Shown: positions 1 through 10,356 of the stretch, piece by piece | How positions within the stretch are numbered: position 1 is the stretch's first letter | How the letters are laid out: every line of letters begins with the position of its first letter | Source of the DNA: Myxococcota bacterium | GTDB lineage: Bacteria > Myxococcota_A > UBA9160 > SZUA-336 | NCBI GenBank assembly: GCA_965247115.1 | Contig: CBDFGR010000002.1 | Coordinates: 1,952,001 to 2,016,000 of the forward strand | Length of the DNA stretch: 64,000 bases | Reading direction: 5' to 3' | Made by a program: the position numbers and the translations under genes | The notes under the pieces: model-generated | Seen by the model: the letters and a program-made list of their open reading frames with translations, nothing else | The model's database searches: none | What the model was told of the DNA's origin: nothing

Positions 1-487
1 GATCCACGTCCGTGTCGATCGCCCACTGCGGCAGCCCGAAGCCGTCCCCTACGTCGATGAAGACGACCCGGACACGGGTCCCGATTCCCACCGAGCGGAC
101 GACGTCCGGAGGGGCGAGCTCGCCCTCCGGAGTGACCAGGTTTCCGGTGAAACGCAGTGCCTCGTGCTCGCTCGGCTGGCCGCGCTGCTCGTCGAGCTCG
201 ACGAGCAGGGTCGAGTACGGCAGGTGCGAGCGGTACGCCGGATGGATCGCATGGTGAACCTCGCAGTAGGAGACCACACTTCCGCGACCCGATACGGGCG
301 CCCAGTCGTAGTCGGGAGTTCCGTCCCACGGGTTGGCAGTACCGGGCGGGTACGAGAGCAGCCCGTTGCTCTGCCAGCGCTGCAGGTGCAGCTCGTGCTT
401 GCCGCACCACTCGAAGAATGTCCGGCTCTCGGGATCCGTATCCCCTACAGCCAGCTTCATGCCGAGGTATTTGCCCTCGAGTGCCAT
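1..487 (-). CDS. DUF35/ChsH2-like OB-fold protein, partner of the adjacent thiolase-like protein (3' end runs off window)
   Basis: Not in the ORF track. Manual translation from ATG 487 (GGAGG upstream): MALEGKYLGM...FFEWCGKHELHLQRW...WAPVSGRGSVVSY...PYSTLLVELDE...IGTRVRVVF, a DUF35 pattern; lies directly downstream of the thiolase-like gene. Confidence 0.8.
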   Translation of the reverse strand, partial: MALEGKYLGMKLAVGDTDPESRTFFEWCGKHELHLQRWQSNGLLSYPPGTANPWDGTPDYDWAPVSGRGSVVSYCEVHHAIHPAYRSHLPYSTLLVELDEQRGQPSEHEALRFTGNLVTPEGELAPPDVVRSVGIGTRVRVVFIDVGDGFGLPQWAIDTDVD

Positions 488-496
488 TGTTTCCTC

Positions 497-1740
497 CTAG
501 CCTCGCCGCATGACGAGTGCGGAGCCGGTGTTGGGGGTTGCCCAGCCGAGGTTCGCGGTGAGCTCGGGATCGCGGACCTGGCGGCAGCGGCCCTCGCTGT
601 AGTCGTAGCTGTGCTGTCGCTTCCCGTCCGGGCCCTCGGGGCAGTAGTCGTCCACGTCGTGGCGCAGCTGCCGGACGTTCTCGATCACCATGTTCATTCC
701 GTGCGTGTAGCCCTCGCACAGGTGACCGCCGTTCGTATTGTTGGGCCGACGGCCGCCCAGGCCGATCGTCCCGTCACTCACGTAGTCTCCACCCTCGCCC
801 TTCTCGCAGAAGCCGTAGTCCTCTAGCTGGAGCAGCGTGGTGAAGGTGAAGGCATCGTACGAGCCTGTGACGTCGATGTCCTCCGGCCCGACGCCTGCAT
901 GTGACCAGAGCCGGTCTCTTGCGTAGTAGCCTGCGACCCGTGTGAGGGGTCCGCACTGGTAGTGCATGTCCATGCGCGGTTTGCTGCAGCGTCCCACTAC
1001 CGAGAGGATGCGTGCAGGCACATGTCGGTAGTCGTAGGCTCGTTCCGCGGACGTCACGATCACACACGTGGCGTTGTCCGTCTCGACGCAGCAGTCGAGC
1101 AGGTGCAGCGGGTAGCAGATCACGCGGCTGCTCACGACGTCATCCACGCTGACCCGGTTCGTGTAGTAGGCCTTGGGGTTGTTCGACGCTCCCCACGAGT
1201 GGAACTTCTTGACGTGCGCGACCTGCTCCGGGGTCGTGTCGAACTCGTAGAGATGGCGCATGAAGCAGTGCGCGAACATCTCCGCCGGACTGAGCTGGCC
1301 GTAGATCGCGCCGAACATGCCCCGGGTATTGTACGTGCCACCCCTGCCGCTGCCGCCCATGCGCGCGCCGGTGGCGCCGTTCATCGACCGAAAGACGGCC
1401 ACCGTCTCGCACATGCCCGCTTCTATCGCCCCGATGCGAGCCCGATCAGCGCTTCTGTGGAGGACCCCCCACCCCAGACGTCCATGTAGAAGTTCAGGCG
1501 GATCCCGAGATCGGCCGCGATCATCGGCGACATCGTCGAGTCGCTCACCTGGTACGACATCATCCCGTCGACGTCACCGGGCGAGATGCCACAATCGGAC
1601 ATGGCGTTGCGCACCGCATCGACTCCCATGTGCCGGGTGGTTCGGCCCGAGTTCCGCGTGTACGGCGTTTCGCCCACCCCGATGATTGCGTACTTGTCGC
1701 GCAGATGTTTGTCGCTGCTCGCGTCCTGCCCGCTTGCCAT
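497..1740 (-). pseudogene. SCP-x/Ltp2-like thiolase-family protein, split by a 1-bp frameshift near 1436 (pseudogene or sequencing error)
   Basis: ORF 1423-1740 (YAIIGVGET) and ORF 497-1414 (LLDCCVETD, YDAFT, NTNGGHLCEGY) join as ...LIGLAIGAIEAGMCETV... if one base is added at about 1436. Confidence 0.8.
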
Positions 1741-1860
1741 GCGTCCTCCTCCTGCTACTCAGCGCTAAGGTATTTCCCGCCCTCCGTTCGCTGAATCCAA
1801 GCTCTCGATGATAGACGAGACCGCGTCTCAAGTGGTGGCGGCGGAGACGGGCTATCCTCC

Positions 1861-2688
1861 GTGGTCGTGGAGCTCAAGGTCACGCGTTACGAGATCGAGG
1901 ACAGGATTGCCACGCTGACCCTCGACCGGCCGAAGCGGCTCAACTCGTGGACCGGCCGGATGCACACGGAATACCGCTGGATCCTCGAACAGGCGGAGCG
2001 CGATCCCGACGTGCGCGTGATCGTGGTGACGGGAGCGGGGCGGGGCTTCTGTGCGGGTGCGGATACGGCGGCCCTGGAGAGCCACGTGGAGCGCGGCGGC
2101 TACGACCCCGGCACGCCCGCGGAGCTCGCGCGCCCGGGCTACGGTGTGCGGCCGGAGTTCGATGCGAACTTCGCCTTCCACTTCGGACTCACCAAGCCTG
2201 TGATCGCAGCGGTGAACGGCCCCGCCGCCGGCGTTGGGTTGGTGATCGCGTGCTACGCCGACCTGCGCTTCGCGGTCAAGGGAGCCAAGCTCACGACAGC
2301 CCACGGCAAGCTCAACCTGCCGGCTGAGTACGGCCTGTCGTGGCTGCTGCCGCGTCTCATCGGACTCACGCGCGCCAACGACCTCTTGCTCTCGAGCCGC
2401 GTCTTCCTGACCGACGAGGCCTACGAGCTCGGCCTGCTCAACGCGCTCCTCGAGCCCGCCGAGCTCTTGCCCCACACGTACGCGTACGCGCGCGAGCTGG
2501 TCGATGCCGTCTCTCCCGCATCGCTGCGCGAGACCAAGCGACAGATCTACACCGATCTGCACCGCGACGTCGGTGCCTCTGTCCGCGAGGCCGACGCGTT
2601 GCTGGAACGCATGACCATGGAGGACGACTACCGCGAGGCGGTCGCCGCGTTCCTGGAGCGGCGGCCCCCGCGCTGGTCCGGAAGCTAG
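1861..2688 (+). CDS. Enoyl-CoA hydratase/isomerase (crotonase) family protein
   Basis: TLDRPKRLNS, GRGFCAGAD, KPVIAAVNGPAAGVG motifs. Confidence 0.9.
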   Translation: MVVELKVTRYEIEDRIATLTLDRPKRLNSWTGRMHTEYRWILEQAERDPDVRVIVVTGAGRGFCAGADTAALESHVERGGYDPGTPAELARPGYGVRPEFDANFAFHFGLTKPVIAAVNGPAAGVGLVIACYADLRFAVKGAKLTTAHGKLNLPAEYGLSWLLPRLIGLTRANDLLLSSRVFLTDEAYELGLLNALLEPAELLPHTYAYARELVDAVSPASLRETKRQIYTDLHRDVGASVREADALLERMTMEDDYREAVAAFLERRPPRWSGS

Positions 2689-2694
2689 CCTGGT

Positions 2695-3687
2695 TCAGAG
2701 CCCGTTGACCTGAGCGAGGTCTCCACTGTCTTCGTCGGCGGCTCCCGCCTGGGCACGCGAGGCTGCGCGCTTCAGGATCCGCCAGTAGCCGCGCTCCTGG
2801 CAGGCTCGCTCCAGCACCCCGCGCTCCTCCAGCAGCCTGTGCATCCTTGGCAGGCTGTAATGAGGCACGGTCATCAGCAGATGGTGCTCCAGGTGGTAGT
2901 TCACCCGGTTCGGAGCGATGAGCAGCCGCTCCCACCAGCGCGCGAGCGTGGTGCGGGTATTGCCCAGTGCGTCGTCGGGGTCGGGTGTCAGTGCGTGCTC
3001 GGCAATCGACCGGATCCGTGTCACCAGCGTGTGTGTTGTGAGCCAGGCCACGACCCAGAGCAAGTAGAGCTCGGGCTGCCCGAACAGCGCGAGGATGCCG
3101 AGCAGCACGACGTTGGTGATCACGACGCCACGCGCGGCACGCCGCGCGACGGGGTCGTGGCGATAGCTCCCGAATGTCCGATTCCAGGCTCCCCGTGCGA
3201 ACTTGCGACCGGTCTGGCCCGAGAGATCACGCCAGGCTTTGCGTCGCAGACTCGCCCATGTGATCGGGAAGGGTCTGACCAGCGCGATGTCCGGATCCTC
3301 GTCGCTGCCGGTCCTGGCGTGGTGCTTCAGGTGGTAGGGCCGGTACGGACCCAGGTCGCTCCAGATCGGATAGGCGCACAGCCAGTTTCCGACCCAGTCG
3401 TTCGTGGTGCGGCTTCGTAGCAGCGTGCGGTGCGACGCCTCGTGCATCAGCACGGCGAAGCCGAGCTGCCGGGCTCCGATCAGAAACAGGGCGGCCAGGA
3501 TCGTGAGGGGGTTCGGCCAGACCCCGACGAGCGCAAATGCCGAGAAGACCAGCGCCCAGTCGAGCCCGATCGAGAGCCACGAATGCAGGTCGTGCAGCTC
3601 GAGCAGGCTCTTCACCTCTTCGCGCGTGAGTGCGGCCCTCCAGCCGGCGTCCAGGCTCTCGTTCGCTGTCGTGGCACTCTCCGTCAT
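2695..3687 (-). CDS. Membrane fatty acid desaturase family protein
   Basis: Three histidine boxes HEASH, HLKHH and YHLEHH plus hydrophobic segments. Confidence 0.88.
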   Translation of the reverse strand: MTESATTANESLDAGWRAALTREEVKSLLELHDLHSWLSIGLDWALVFSAFALVGVWPNPLTILAALFLIGARQLGFAVLMHEASHRTLLRSRTTNDWVGNWLCAYPIWSDLGPYRPYHLKHHARTGSDEDPDIALVRPFPITWASLRRKAWRDLSGQTGRKFARGAWNRTFGSYRHDPVARRAARGVVITNVVLLGILALFGQPELYLLWVVAWLTTHTLVTRIRSIAEHALTPDPDDALGNTRTTLARWWERLLIAPNRVNYHLEHHLLMTVPHYSLPRMHRLLEERGVLERACQERGYWRILKRAASRAQAGAADEDSGDLAQVNGL

Positions 3688-4568
3688 CTCTCTTCTCCTG
3701 CGGTCTGGGGCCTAGCGTGCAAGGCGATCGGCCCCTGTGCGCCCATGCGGGTGTCGGCGGGCGCGCTTCGGTGGGGGACGTCGAAGCGTGCCAGGAAGTC
3801 GGCCCACGCGTTGCGACCGAGGCGGTCGTAGCGCCGCATCGACTCGAGCAGCTCCCGTCGCTCCGTCCCCGAGACGATTGCGTCGGGTAGAAGCGGGTCG
3901 AGCACGAGCTGCTGGATCACCCGGCCGCCGAGCAGAAAAGACTCGACCATGGCGCGCTCGACGGGCATTCCCGCGAGCCGGGCCGCGCTCTTCTCGAGCT
4001 TGGCCCGCAGCTTGCGGTGTGCGTCTCGGAGCGACTCGGCCGACCACAGCCCCCGAGCTCGGCCCTCGGTCACGCTGTCGAGGGCGCGCAGCTCGAAGAC
4101 CAGATCTCCCGCGGGAAGGCCAAGATCCGCGAGCTCGGCCTGTAGTGCGCGGCAACCACCGCGCAGGTTGTCCGGGCGCACGCTGAGAGACGCCTTCAGC
4201 GCCCGGAACCCCAGAAAGCGCAGCGCCTGCGAGCGCCGACGGAGCTCCGCCCGTGTGCCCCCGGATGGCCGCGTTCCCACGAGAACGCCCACCCAGCCAG
4301 CGTCCCAGCGTCGCAGCCGCCGCCCGACCTCTCGCCAGGACGTGACCCTGCTCCCTACGGGACGGGCCCCTTCCCCGAGCCGATAGCGGCCCCTGGCATC
4401 ACGCTCGACCTGGTTGGCCGACCGCAGTCGGGTGAGGGCGACGCGGACACTGTTCTCCGCGATGTCAAAGAGCTCTCCCGCCTCCACCAACGCGCTCACC
4501 GGCATGCTGCCCCGGCGCAGCGTGGACAGCAGGTCGAGGACGAAGCTCTTTGCCGTGGGAGAGGTCAC
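3684..4568 (-). CDS. PaaX-family transcriptional regulator
   Basis: N-terminal wHTH (IAENSVRVALTRL), LRFLGF and DPLLP motifs; 4-bp overlap with the desaturase start; GTG 4568 preferred over the track start at 4595. Confidence 0.8.
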   Translation of the reverse strand: MTSPTAKSFVLDLLSTLRRGSMPVSALVEAGELFDIAENSVRVALTRLRSANQVERDARGRYRLGEGARPVGSRVTSWREVGRRLRRWDAGWVGVLVGTRPSGGTRAELRRRSQALRFLGFRALKASLSVRPDNLRGGCRALQAELADLGLPAGDLVFELRALDSVTEGRARGLWSAESLRDAHRKLRAKLEKSAARLAGMPVERAMVESFLLGGRVIQQLVLDPLLPDAIVSGTERRELLESMRRYDRLGRNAWADFLARFDVPHRSAPADTRMGAQGPIALHARPQTAGEER

Positions 4569-4577
4569 GTTCAAGAC

Positions 4578-4614
4578 ATTACAAGATTCGGTCAAGTCTG
4601 TCTAAATCTGTAAT
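4578..4614. promoter_or_regulatory. Candidate operator in the divergent promoter region
   Basis: AT-rich patch with inverted repeat ATTACA-N25-TGTAAT (inner AGATT/AATCT) between the PaaX-like gene and the dehydrogenase gene. Confidence 0.4.
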
Positions 4615-4667
4615 ATTTCGAACGGCTCGGCTTGTGCCGAACGCCGCTGCCCCCGTAGGCTCTAACA

Positions 4668-5657
4668 GTGGCAGTAATCGAGACGGCCGTTGCGCGCGTG
4701 TTCGTGACGCGGCGCATTCCCGCGGCTGGGCTGGATCGGATCGTCGCTCTGTGTGCCGCGGACGTCTGGGACGAGCCGCTCCCGCCACCGCGTCACGTCT
4801 TGCTGGAACGCGTCCGTGGCTGCGCCGGACTGGTCACGTTGCTCACCGAGACGGTGGATGTGGAGCTGATGGATGCCGCTGGAGTTGGGCTTCGCGTGAT
4901 CAGCAACTTTGCCGTCGGCTTCAACAACGTCGACGTCGAAGAGGCCACGCGGCGAGGCATCCGCGTCGGAAACACCCCTGACGTGCTCACGGATGCCACC
5001 GCCGATCTCGCCTTTGCCCTGTTGATCTCGGCGGCGCGTCGCATCGTATCCGGCCAGGACTACATTCGAGCGGGCAAGTGGAAGACATGGGAGCCGCTGG
5101 GCCACATTGGACGCGACCTGTCCGGCGCAACACTCGGCATTGTGGGGATGGGCCGGATCGGCAGCGCGCTGGCGCGCCGCTGCCGTGGCGGCTGGGGCAT
5201 GCGGGTCCTCTACCACGATCGTGTTGCGAACGAGGTGGCGGACAAGGAGCTCGGCGCAAAGCGGGTTGACTTCGACACATTGCTCGTCGAGTCCGACTTC
5301 GTGTCGGTGCACGTCGATCTGAACGACTCCACCCAGGGCATGTTCGACGCCGCCGCGTTTCGCAAGATGAAAAGCACCGCCGTCTTCGTGAACAGCGCGC
5401 GCGGCCCGATCCACGTCCAGGCGGACCTGTGCCAGGCGCTCCAGTCGGGCGAGATCTTCGCTGCCGGGCTCGACGTGACGGACCCGGAGCCCGTTTCCCC
5501 CGACGATCCGTTACTCACGCTGCCCAACTGCGTGATCGCCCCGCACATCGCGAGCGCGACGGTGTCCAGCCGAAACGGCATGGCCGAGATCGCCGCCGAC
5601 AACCTGCTCGCCGGATTGCGAGACGAGCCGCTGCGCTGCTGTGTGAATCCCGAGTAG
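4668..5657 (+). CDS. D-isomer-specific 2-hydroxyacid dehydrogenase (glyoxylate reductase/D-glycerate dehydrogenase-like)
   Basis: NTPDVLTDATAD, GIVGMGRIG, VNSARG, GLDVTDPEP and PHIAS motifs. Confidence 0.92.
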   Translation: MAVIETAVARVFVTRRIPAAGLDRIVALCAADVWDEPLPPPRHVLLERVRGCAGLVTLLTETVDVELMDAAGVGLRVISNFAVGFNNVDVEEATRRGIRVGNTPDVLTDATADLAFALLISAARRIVSGQDYIRAGKWKTWEPLGHIGRDLSGATLGIVGMGRIGSALARRCRGGWGMRVLYHDRVANEVADKELGAKRVDFDTLLVESDFVSVHVDLNDSTQGMFDAAAFRKMKSTAVFVNSARGPIHVQADLCQALQSGEIFAAGLDVTDPEPVSPDDPLLTLPNCVIAPHIASATVSSRNGMAEIAADNLLAGLRDEPLRCCVNPE

Positions 5658-5690
5658 AATTCGCCTCACGCACCACGGGGGAGCAGAACT

Positions 5691-6575
5691 ATGCGTGAGT
5701 TCGGCGGCAAGACCGCGGTTGTCACCGGAGCGGCAAGCGGGATCGGCCTGGGCCTGGCGGGACGCTTCGCGAGCGCAGGCATGCAGGTCGTGCTGGCCGA
5801 CATCGAGGAGGAGCCGCTCAAGCGGGCGGTCCGTGAGCTCGAGCAGAGCGGTCATCGTGTGCTCGGCGTTGCAACGGATACGATGCGACGCGAGTCCCTA
5901 GAGGCGCTGGCGGAGCGCGCGATCGACGAGTTCGGCAAGGTCCACGTGCTCTGTAACAACGCGGGCGTGGCGAGCCGCGGAGACGCAGGTCGCGGTACGG
6001 CAGTCTGGGAGGTCCCGAACCCCGACTGGCAGTGGGTGCTCGGCGTAAACTTCTGGGGCGTTCTGTACGGTCTTCAGGTCTTCGTCCCGCGTATGCTGGA
6101 ACATGGGGAAGAGGGTCACATCGTGAACACGTCTTCCCTCGCCGGCCTGATGCCTGGCTGGGGTGCATACGGCGTCAGCAAGCACGGTGTGCTGGTGCTG
6201 AGCGAAGGGCTGTACAGGAACCTGAAGGACCGCGGCGCGAATATCAGCGCGTCGGTCCTGTGCCCGGGCTTCGTGAACACGCGGATCTTTGACGCGGAGC
6301 GCAACCGTCCAAAGGAGCTCGGCTCCGAGCTATCCCAGCCGGATGAGGGCTCGCTCGCCGCAGCCACGGCGATGCTCGCGCGGGGGAAGCAGCCGGCCGA
6401 GGTCGCGGACGTCGTCTTCGAGTCGATCCGGGAGGACCGCTTCTACATTCTTCCGCATCCGGCCTGGGATGACGCCGTGCGTGGCCGCGTCGAGCACGTC
6501 CTCGCTCGAGCGGCGCCCCTCACGCTGGACTTCGAGCAGCTGATGCGCCGCCGTGACGAGGGCGAAGACTTATGA
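5691..6575 (+). CDS. Short-chain dehydrogenase/reductase
   Basis: TGAASGIG, NNAG and YGVSK motifs. Confidence 0.92.
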   Translation: MREFGGKTAVVTGAASGIGLGLAGRFASAGMQVVLADIEEEPLKRAVRELEQSGHRVLGVATDTMRRESLEALAERAIDEFGKVHVLCNNAGVASRGDAGRGTAVWEVPNPDWQWVLGVNFWGVLYGLQVFVPRMLEHGEEGHIVNTSSLAGLMPGWGAYGVSKHGVLVLSEGLYRNLKDRGANISASVLCPGFVNTRIFDAERNRPKELGSELSQPDEGSLAAATAMLARGKQPAEVADVVFESIREDRFYILPHPAWDDAVRGRVEHVLARAAPLTLDFEQLMRRRDEGEDL

Positions 6576-6582
6576 CCTGTCA

Positions 6583-7754
6583 TTAGATCAGGCCCTCGGC
6601 TTCCATTCCTAGCATCAGTCGGCCGAGGATCTCGCCGCTCGTGTCCGGGTCGAAGATGGTGTTGGAGGCGAGCGTGTGGACGTCGCGGTGGATGCGCTCC
6701 AGTGCGCTCGGCTGGCGGTGTGCGGCTGCTCCGCTCGCTGCCGCGATGTCTCGCACGACGTCGCGGCAGGTGCGCACCATGTGCCCGGCCTGCATCCGGA
6801 GGCGTGCGCGGACCTCGGGGGGGCAGATCTCCTCGCGTTCGCCCCAGGGGGCGAGCTCGGCGGCGACAGCGCGCGCCATCTGCTCGGCGCCACGAACGGT
6901 CACGTCAGCGTGAGCCAGACGAATCTGCGCGGCAGGCTGCTCTGCCTGGTGGCTCGTCGTCCCGTAGAGAACGCGCTTCCCGAGCCGCTCCCGAAAGACC
7001 TGGACGGCCTGCTTCGCCGCTCCGATGGCCGGGCTGCCCGCGGCCAGACCGAGCAGCGGGACCATCGGGATCCGGAACAGGGCGCTCTCGTGCCAGAGCG
7101 CGCCGGGTCCGCGTCCCTCAGTGATCGGGGCGACGGCCTGAGCGTGGTGTTCGGGAACGAATACCTGCTCGGCCACAATGTCGTTGCTTCCGGTCCCGAT
7201 CATTCCGTCGACGTACCAGGTGTCGATCACCTCGACTCGGTCGATGGGTACGATCAACACACGCACGTCTGGCGGACCGTCGCCGGGAACACTGGCGGTC
7301 ACGAGGACCCAGTCGGCGTGCATGACGCCGGTCCCCCACTGCCAGCGCCCCGTCAGCTCGAACCCGCCGTTGACCGGCTCGGCCACCCCGCCCGCCGAGA
7401 TGGAGCCGGGCGCCATGATGTACGGCTGGCTGCCGAAGATCTCCTCCTGCGCCTTTGGCGCGAACTGCGCCAGCATCCAGTTGGTCACCATGCAGAAGGT
7501 GGTGACCCATGCGGTGGACGTGCAGCCCTCTCCGAGCGCGATCCCGATGCTCACGTACGTGTCCAGGTCGAGCTCCAGCCCCCCGAAACGACGCGGCACG
7601 AAGAAGCGGAAGACCCCCGTGTCCTCGAGCGCCTTCATCACCTCATCTACCGGCTTGGAATCCGCTCCGCCTCGGGAGCGCTGTCCGACAGCAGGGGGGT
7701 CAGCGCTTGGATGCGGGAGAGGAGTTCGGGACCTGCGAGGACTGAGCTCGACAT
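6583..7754 (-). pseudogene. HsaA-like flavin-dependent monooxygenase (acyl-CoA dehydrogenase fold) with a 1-bp frameshift near 7657
   Basis: ORF 6583-7641 has VPRRFGG, GRWQWGTG, GMIGTGS and LERIHRD. Upstream ATG 7754 gives MSSSVLAGPELLSRIQALTPLLSDSAPEAERI, which continues as (R)KPVDEVMKAL if one base is added. Confidence 0.8.
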
Positions 7755-7849
7755 GACTACAGGGTACCCGAAGGTGGCCAGATCAGCTGGACGAGCCCAC
7801 AACTGCGGCGGCCTCCTCTGTGAGATGATGAGGGAAAAGGGAGGACTCG

Positions 7850-8845
7850 ATGGCAGACCTGTTTCGCATCTACGGTGCCGAGCTCTCGCCTTACTCGGTC
7901 AAGGTTCGCTCGTACTTCCGCTACAAGGGCATCCCGCACGCGTGGATCCGCCGCACCGCGGAGACTCAGGGGGACTACCAGAGGCACGCGAAGCTCCCGC
8001 TCATCCCGCTGGTCGTGACACCCGACGACGAGGGCATTCAGGATTCCACGCCGATCGTCGAGAAGCTGGAGGTCCGCTTCCCGGAGCCATCTATCCAGCC
8101 GACGGACCCGACCGCGGCTTTCGTGTCCGCGCTCGTCGAGGAGTTCGGCGATGAGTGGGGCAACAAGTGGATGTTCCACTACCGCTGGGCCCGCGACGTA
8201 GATCAGCTCTGCGCCGCGGGACGCATCGCGCGTGGCGCGCTGCCGACAGCAAGCGAGGAGCAGCTTGCTGGCATGGTGGACCAAGTGAGGGAGAGGATGG
8301 TGAACCGCGTCTGGTTCGTGGGCTCGAGCGAGAAAACGGCGCCGCAGATCGAGGACTCCTTTGTCGAGGCTCTGGATCTGCTGAACGTCCACCTGGCCGA
8401 GCGCCCCTACCTGTTCGGATCGAGACCCGCCTTCGGCGACTTCGGGCTCTGGGGGCAGATTTACAACGCCTGGACCGATCCCACGCCGTGCGCGATCGTC
8501 GAGGGGCGTGCCCCCGAGGTACTGGCCTGGGTACAGCGAATGCTCTGGCCTCGACAGGAGGGCGAGTTCGAGGCGTGGTCGAGTCTCGAGCCGACTCTCA
8601 TGCCGTTCCTCCAGCAGATCGGTCGCCTCTTCGTGCCCTGGACCCTTGCAAACGCCGCGGCCATCGCCTCCGGCCAGGAGGAGTTCAGCGTCGAGCTGGA
8701 CGGGCAGACGTGGACGCAGAAGCCGCAGAAGTATCACGCCAAGTCTCTTGGCGTGTTGCGCGAGAAGTACGCCGCGGTGGCCGACAAGAACGCGCTGAAT
8801 CCCGTCCTCGAACGCGCTGGCTGTCTCGCCGGGCTCGAGGGCTGA
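7850..8845 (+). CDS. Glutathione S-transferase family protein
   Basis: SPYSVKVRSYFRYKGI, IP...QDSTPI and YLFGSRPAFGDF motifs; GGAGG RBS. Confidence 0.87.
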   Translation: MADLFRIYGAELSPYSVKVRSYFRYKGIPHAWIRRTAETQGDYQRHAKLPLIPLVVTPDDEGIQDSTPIVEKLEVRFPEPSIQPTDPTAAFVSALVEEFGDEWGNKWMFHYRWARDVDQLCAAGRIARGALPTASEEQLAGMVDQVRERMVNRVWFVGSSEKTAPQIEDSFVEALDLLNVHLAERPYLFGSRPAFGDFGLWGQIYNAWTDPTPCAIVEGRAPEVLAWVQRMLWPRQEGEFEAWSSLEPTLMPFLQQIGRLFVPWTLANAAAIASGQEEFSVELDGQTWTQKPQKYHAKSLGVLREKYAAVADKNALNPVLERAGCLAGLEG

Positions 8846-8873
8846 TCCTCCAAACCTCTGATCGGGAGCAGCC

Positions 8874-9557
8874 ATGATCGACCTCTACACAGCCTCGACA
8901 CCGAACGGCTGGAAGGCCTCCGTCACGCTGGAGGAGCTCGAGCTCTCCTACGAGACACACCCTGTCAACCTCAGCGAGGGCGAGCAGAGGCAGGACTGGT
9001 TCCTCAAGCTCAACCCGAACGGCCGCATTCCCGTGATCGTCGATCGCGACGAGGGCAACTTCCCTGTCTTCGAGACGGGCGCGATCATGATCTACCTGGC
9101 CGAGAAGACCGGGCGCCTGCTGCCCAGCGATGCAAAGGGCCGCTCGCGCGTGATCCAGTGGCTCATGTTCCAGATGGGCGGGATCGGCCCGATGATGGGT
9201 CAGGCAAACGTGTTCTTCCGGTACTTCCCCGAGAAGCTCCAGCCGGCGATTGACCGTTACCAGAACGAGACGCGGCGGCTCCTCGAGGTCCTCGAGCGCA
9301 GGCTCGGCGAGTCCGAGTGGCTGGCCGATGAGTACTCGATTGCGGACATCGCGAACTGGTGCTGGGTGCGCACCTACAAGTGGTCCGGCGTCTCGGCCGA
9401 CGGCCTTCCGAACCTGAAACGCTGGCGGGACGCGCTGCGGGAACGGCCAGCCTGTCAGCGCGGCATCGAGGTTCCCGCCGCTCTTGCCAACATGGAGAAC
9501 GACGGAGAGGCTCAGAAGAGTTTCTCCGAGAACGCGCGCAAGATCGTCCAGATGTAG
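8874..9557 (+). CDS. Nu-class (YfcG/YghU-like) glutathione S-transferase
   Basis: [33 protein letters not shown] and YSIADIA motifs. Confidence 0.9.
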   Translation: MIDLYTASTPNGWKASVTLEELELSYETHPVNLSEGEQRQDWFLKLNPNGRIPVIVDRDEGNFPVFETGAIMIYLAEKTGRLLPSDAKGRSRVIQWLMFQMGGIGPMMGQANVFFRYFPEKLQPAIDRYQNETRRLLEVLERRLGESEWLADEYSIADIANWCWVRTYKWSGVSADGLPNLKRWRDALRERPACQRGIEVPAALANMENDGEAQKSFSENARKIVQM

Positions 9558-9575
9558 CAGGACGAGGAGAAGAAC

Positions 9576-10337
9576 ATGGCCTACGTCAACTACGACAAGC
9601 AGGATCACATCGCGATCATCACGCTGAACCGGCCCGATCGCCTCAACGCCTTTAGTCGCGAGCTCGTGGAGCACCTCCTGGAGGCGGAGACGAGCTTCGC
9701 CGAAGACGACGACGCGTGGGTGGTCATCTACACGGGAGCCGGCGACCGCGCGTTCAGCGCCGGCCGGGACCTGAAGGAGGCCGCCACGAGTACGGAGCAG
9801 CCGGCGAGGAGCACCACCTCTCGGCGCAGGGGCTTCACGGATCACGTGAAACCGACGATCGCCGCGGTGAACGGCTTTGCTTACGGGGGCGGAACCGAGC
9901 TCGCCCTCAGTCGCGACATCCGGATCTGCTCGGAGAACGCAGTCTTCGCGCTCTCGGAGGTCAAGGTGGGCCTGTGTCCTCCGAGCGGATCGCTCACCCT
10001 CCCGCGCCTGGTCGGTCTCTCGAACGCGATGTGGCTGCTGCTGAGCGGCGAACCCATCGACGCGCAGGAGGCACTCCGGATCGGTCTGGTTACCCGAGTC
10101 GTGCCACAGAGCGAGCTCCTGCCGACGGCGACCAAGATGGCGGAGATCATCTGCCAGAACGCGCCGCTCGCGGTGCGGGCCACCAAGCAGCTGGCCAAGC
10201 TCGGCATGGAGGTCCCGCTCGAGTACGCGCAGAGTCTTGGCGCCGGTACGGTCAGCTCGGTGTGGGGCTCGGAGGACGCTGTGGAGGGAGCGAAGGCGTT
10301 TGCCGAGAAGCGGCCTCCCGTATGGAGCAACCGCTAA
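9576..10337 (+). CDS. Enoyl-CoA hydratase/isomerase family protein
   Basis: LNRPDRLNA, AFSAGRD, KPTIAAVNGFAYGGGTE and EVKVG motifs. Confidence 0.92.
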   Translation: MAYVNYDKQDHIAIITLNRPDRLNAFSRELVEHLLEAETSFAEDDDAWVVIYTGAGDRAFSAGRDLKEAATSTEQPARSTTSRRRGFTDHVKPTIAAVNGFAYGGGTELALSRDIRICSENAVFALSEVKVGLCPPSGSLTLPRLVGLSNAMWLLLSGEPIDAQEALRIGLVTRVVPQSELLPTATKMAEIICQNAPLAVRATKQLAKLGMEVPLEYAQSLGAGTVSSVWGSEDAVEGAKAFAEKRPPVWSNR

Positions 10338-10356
10338 ACACGTCGCCTGAGCCCAT

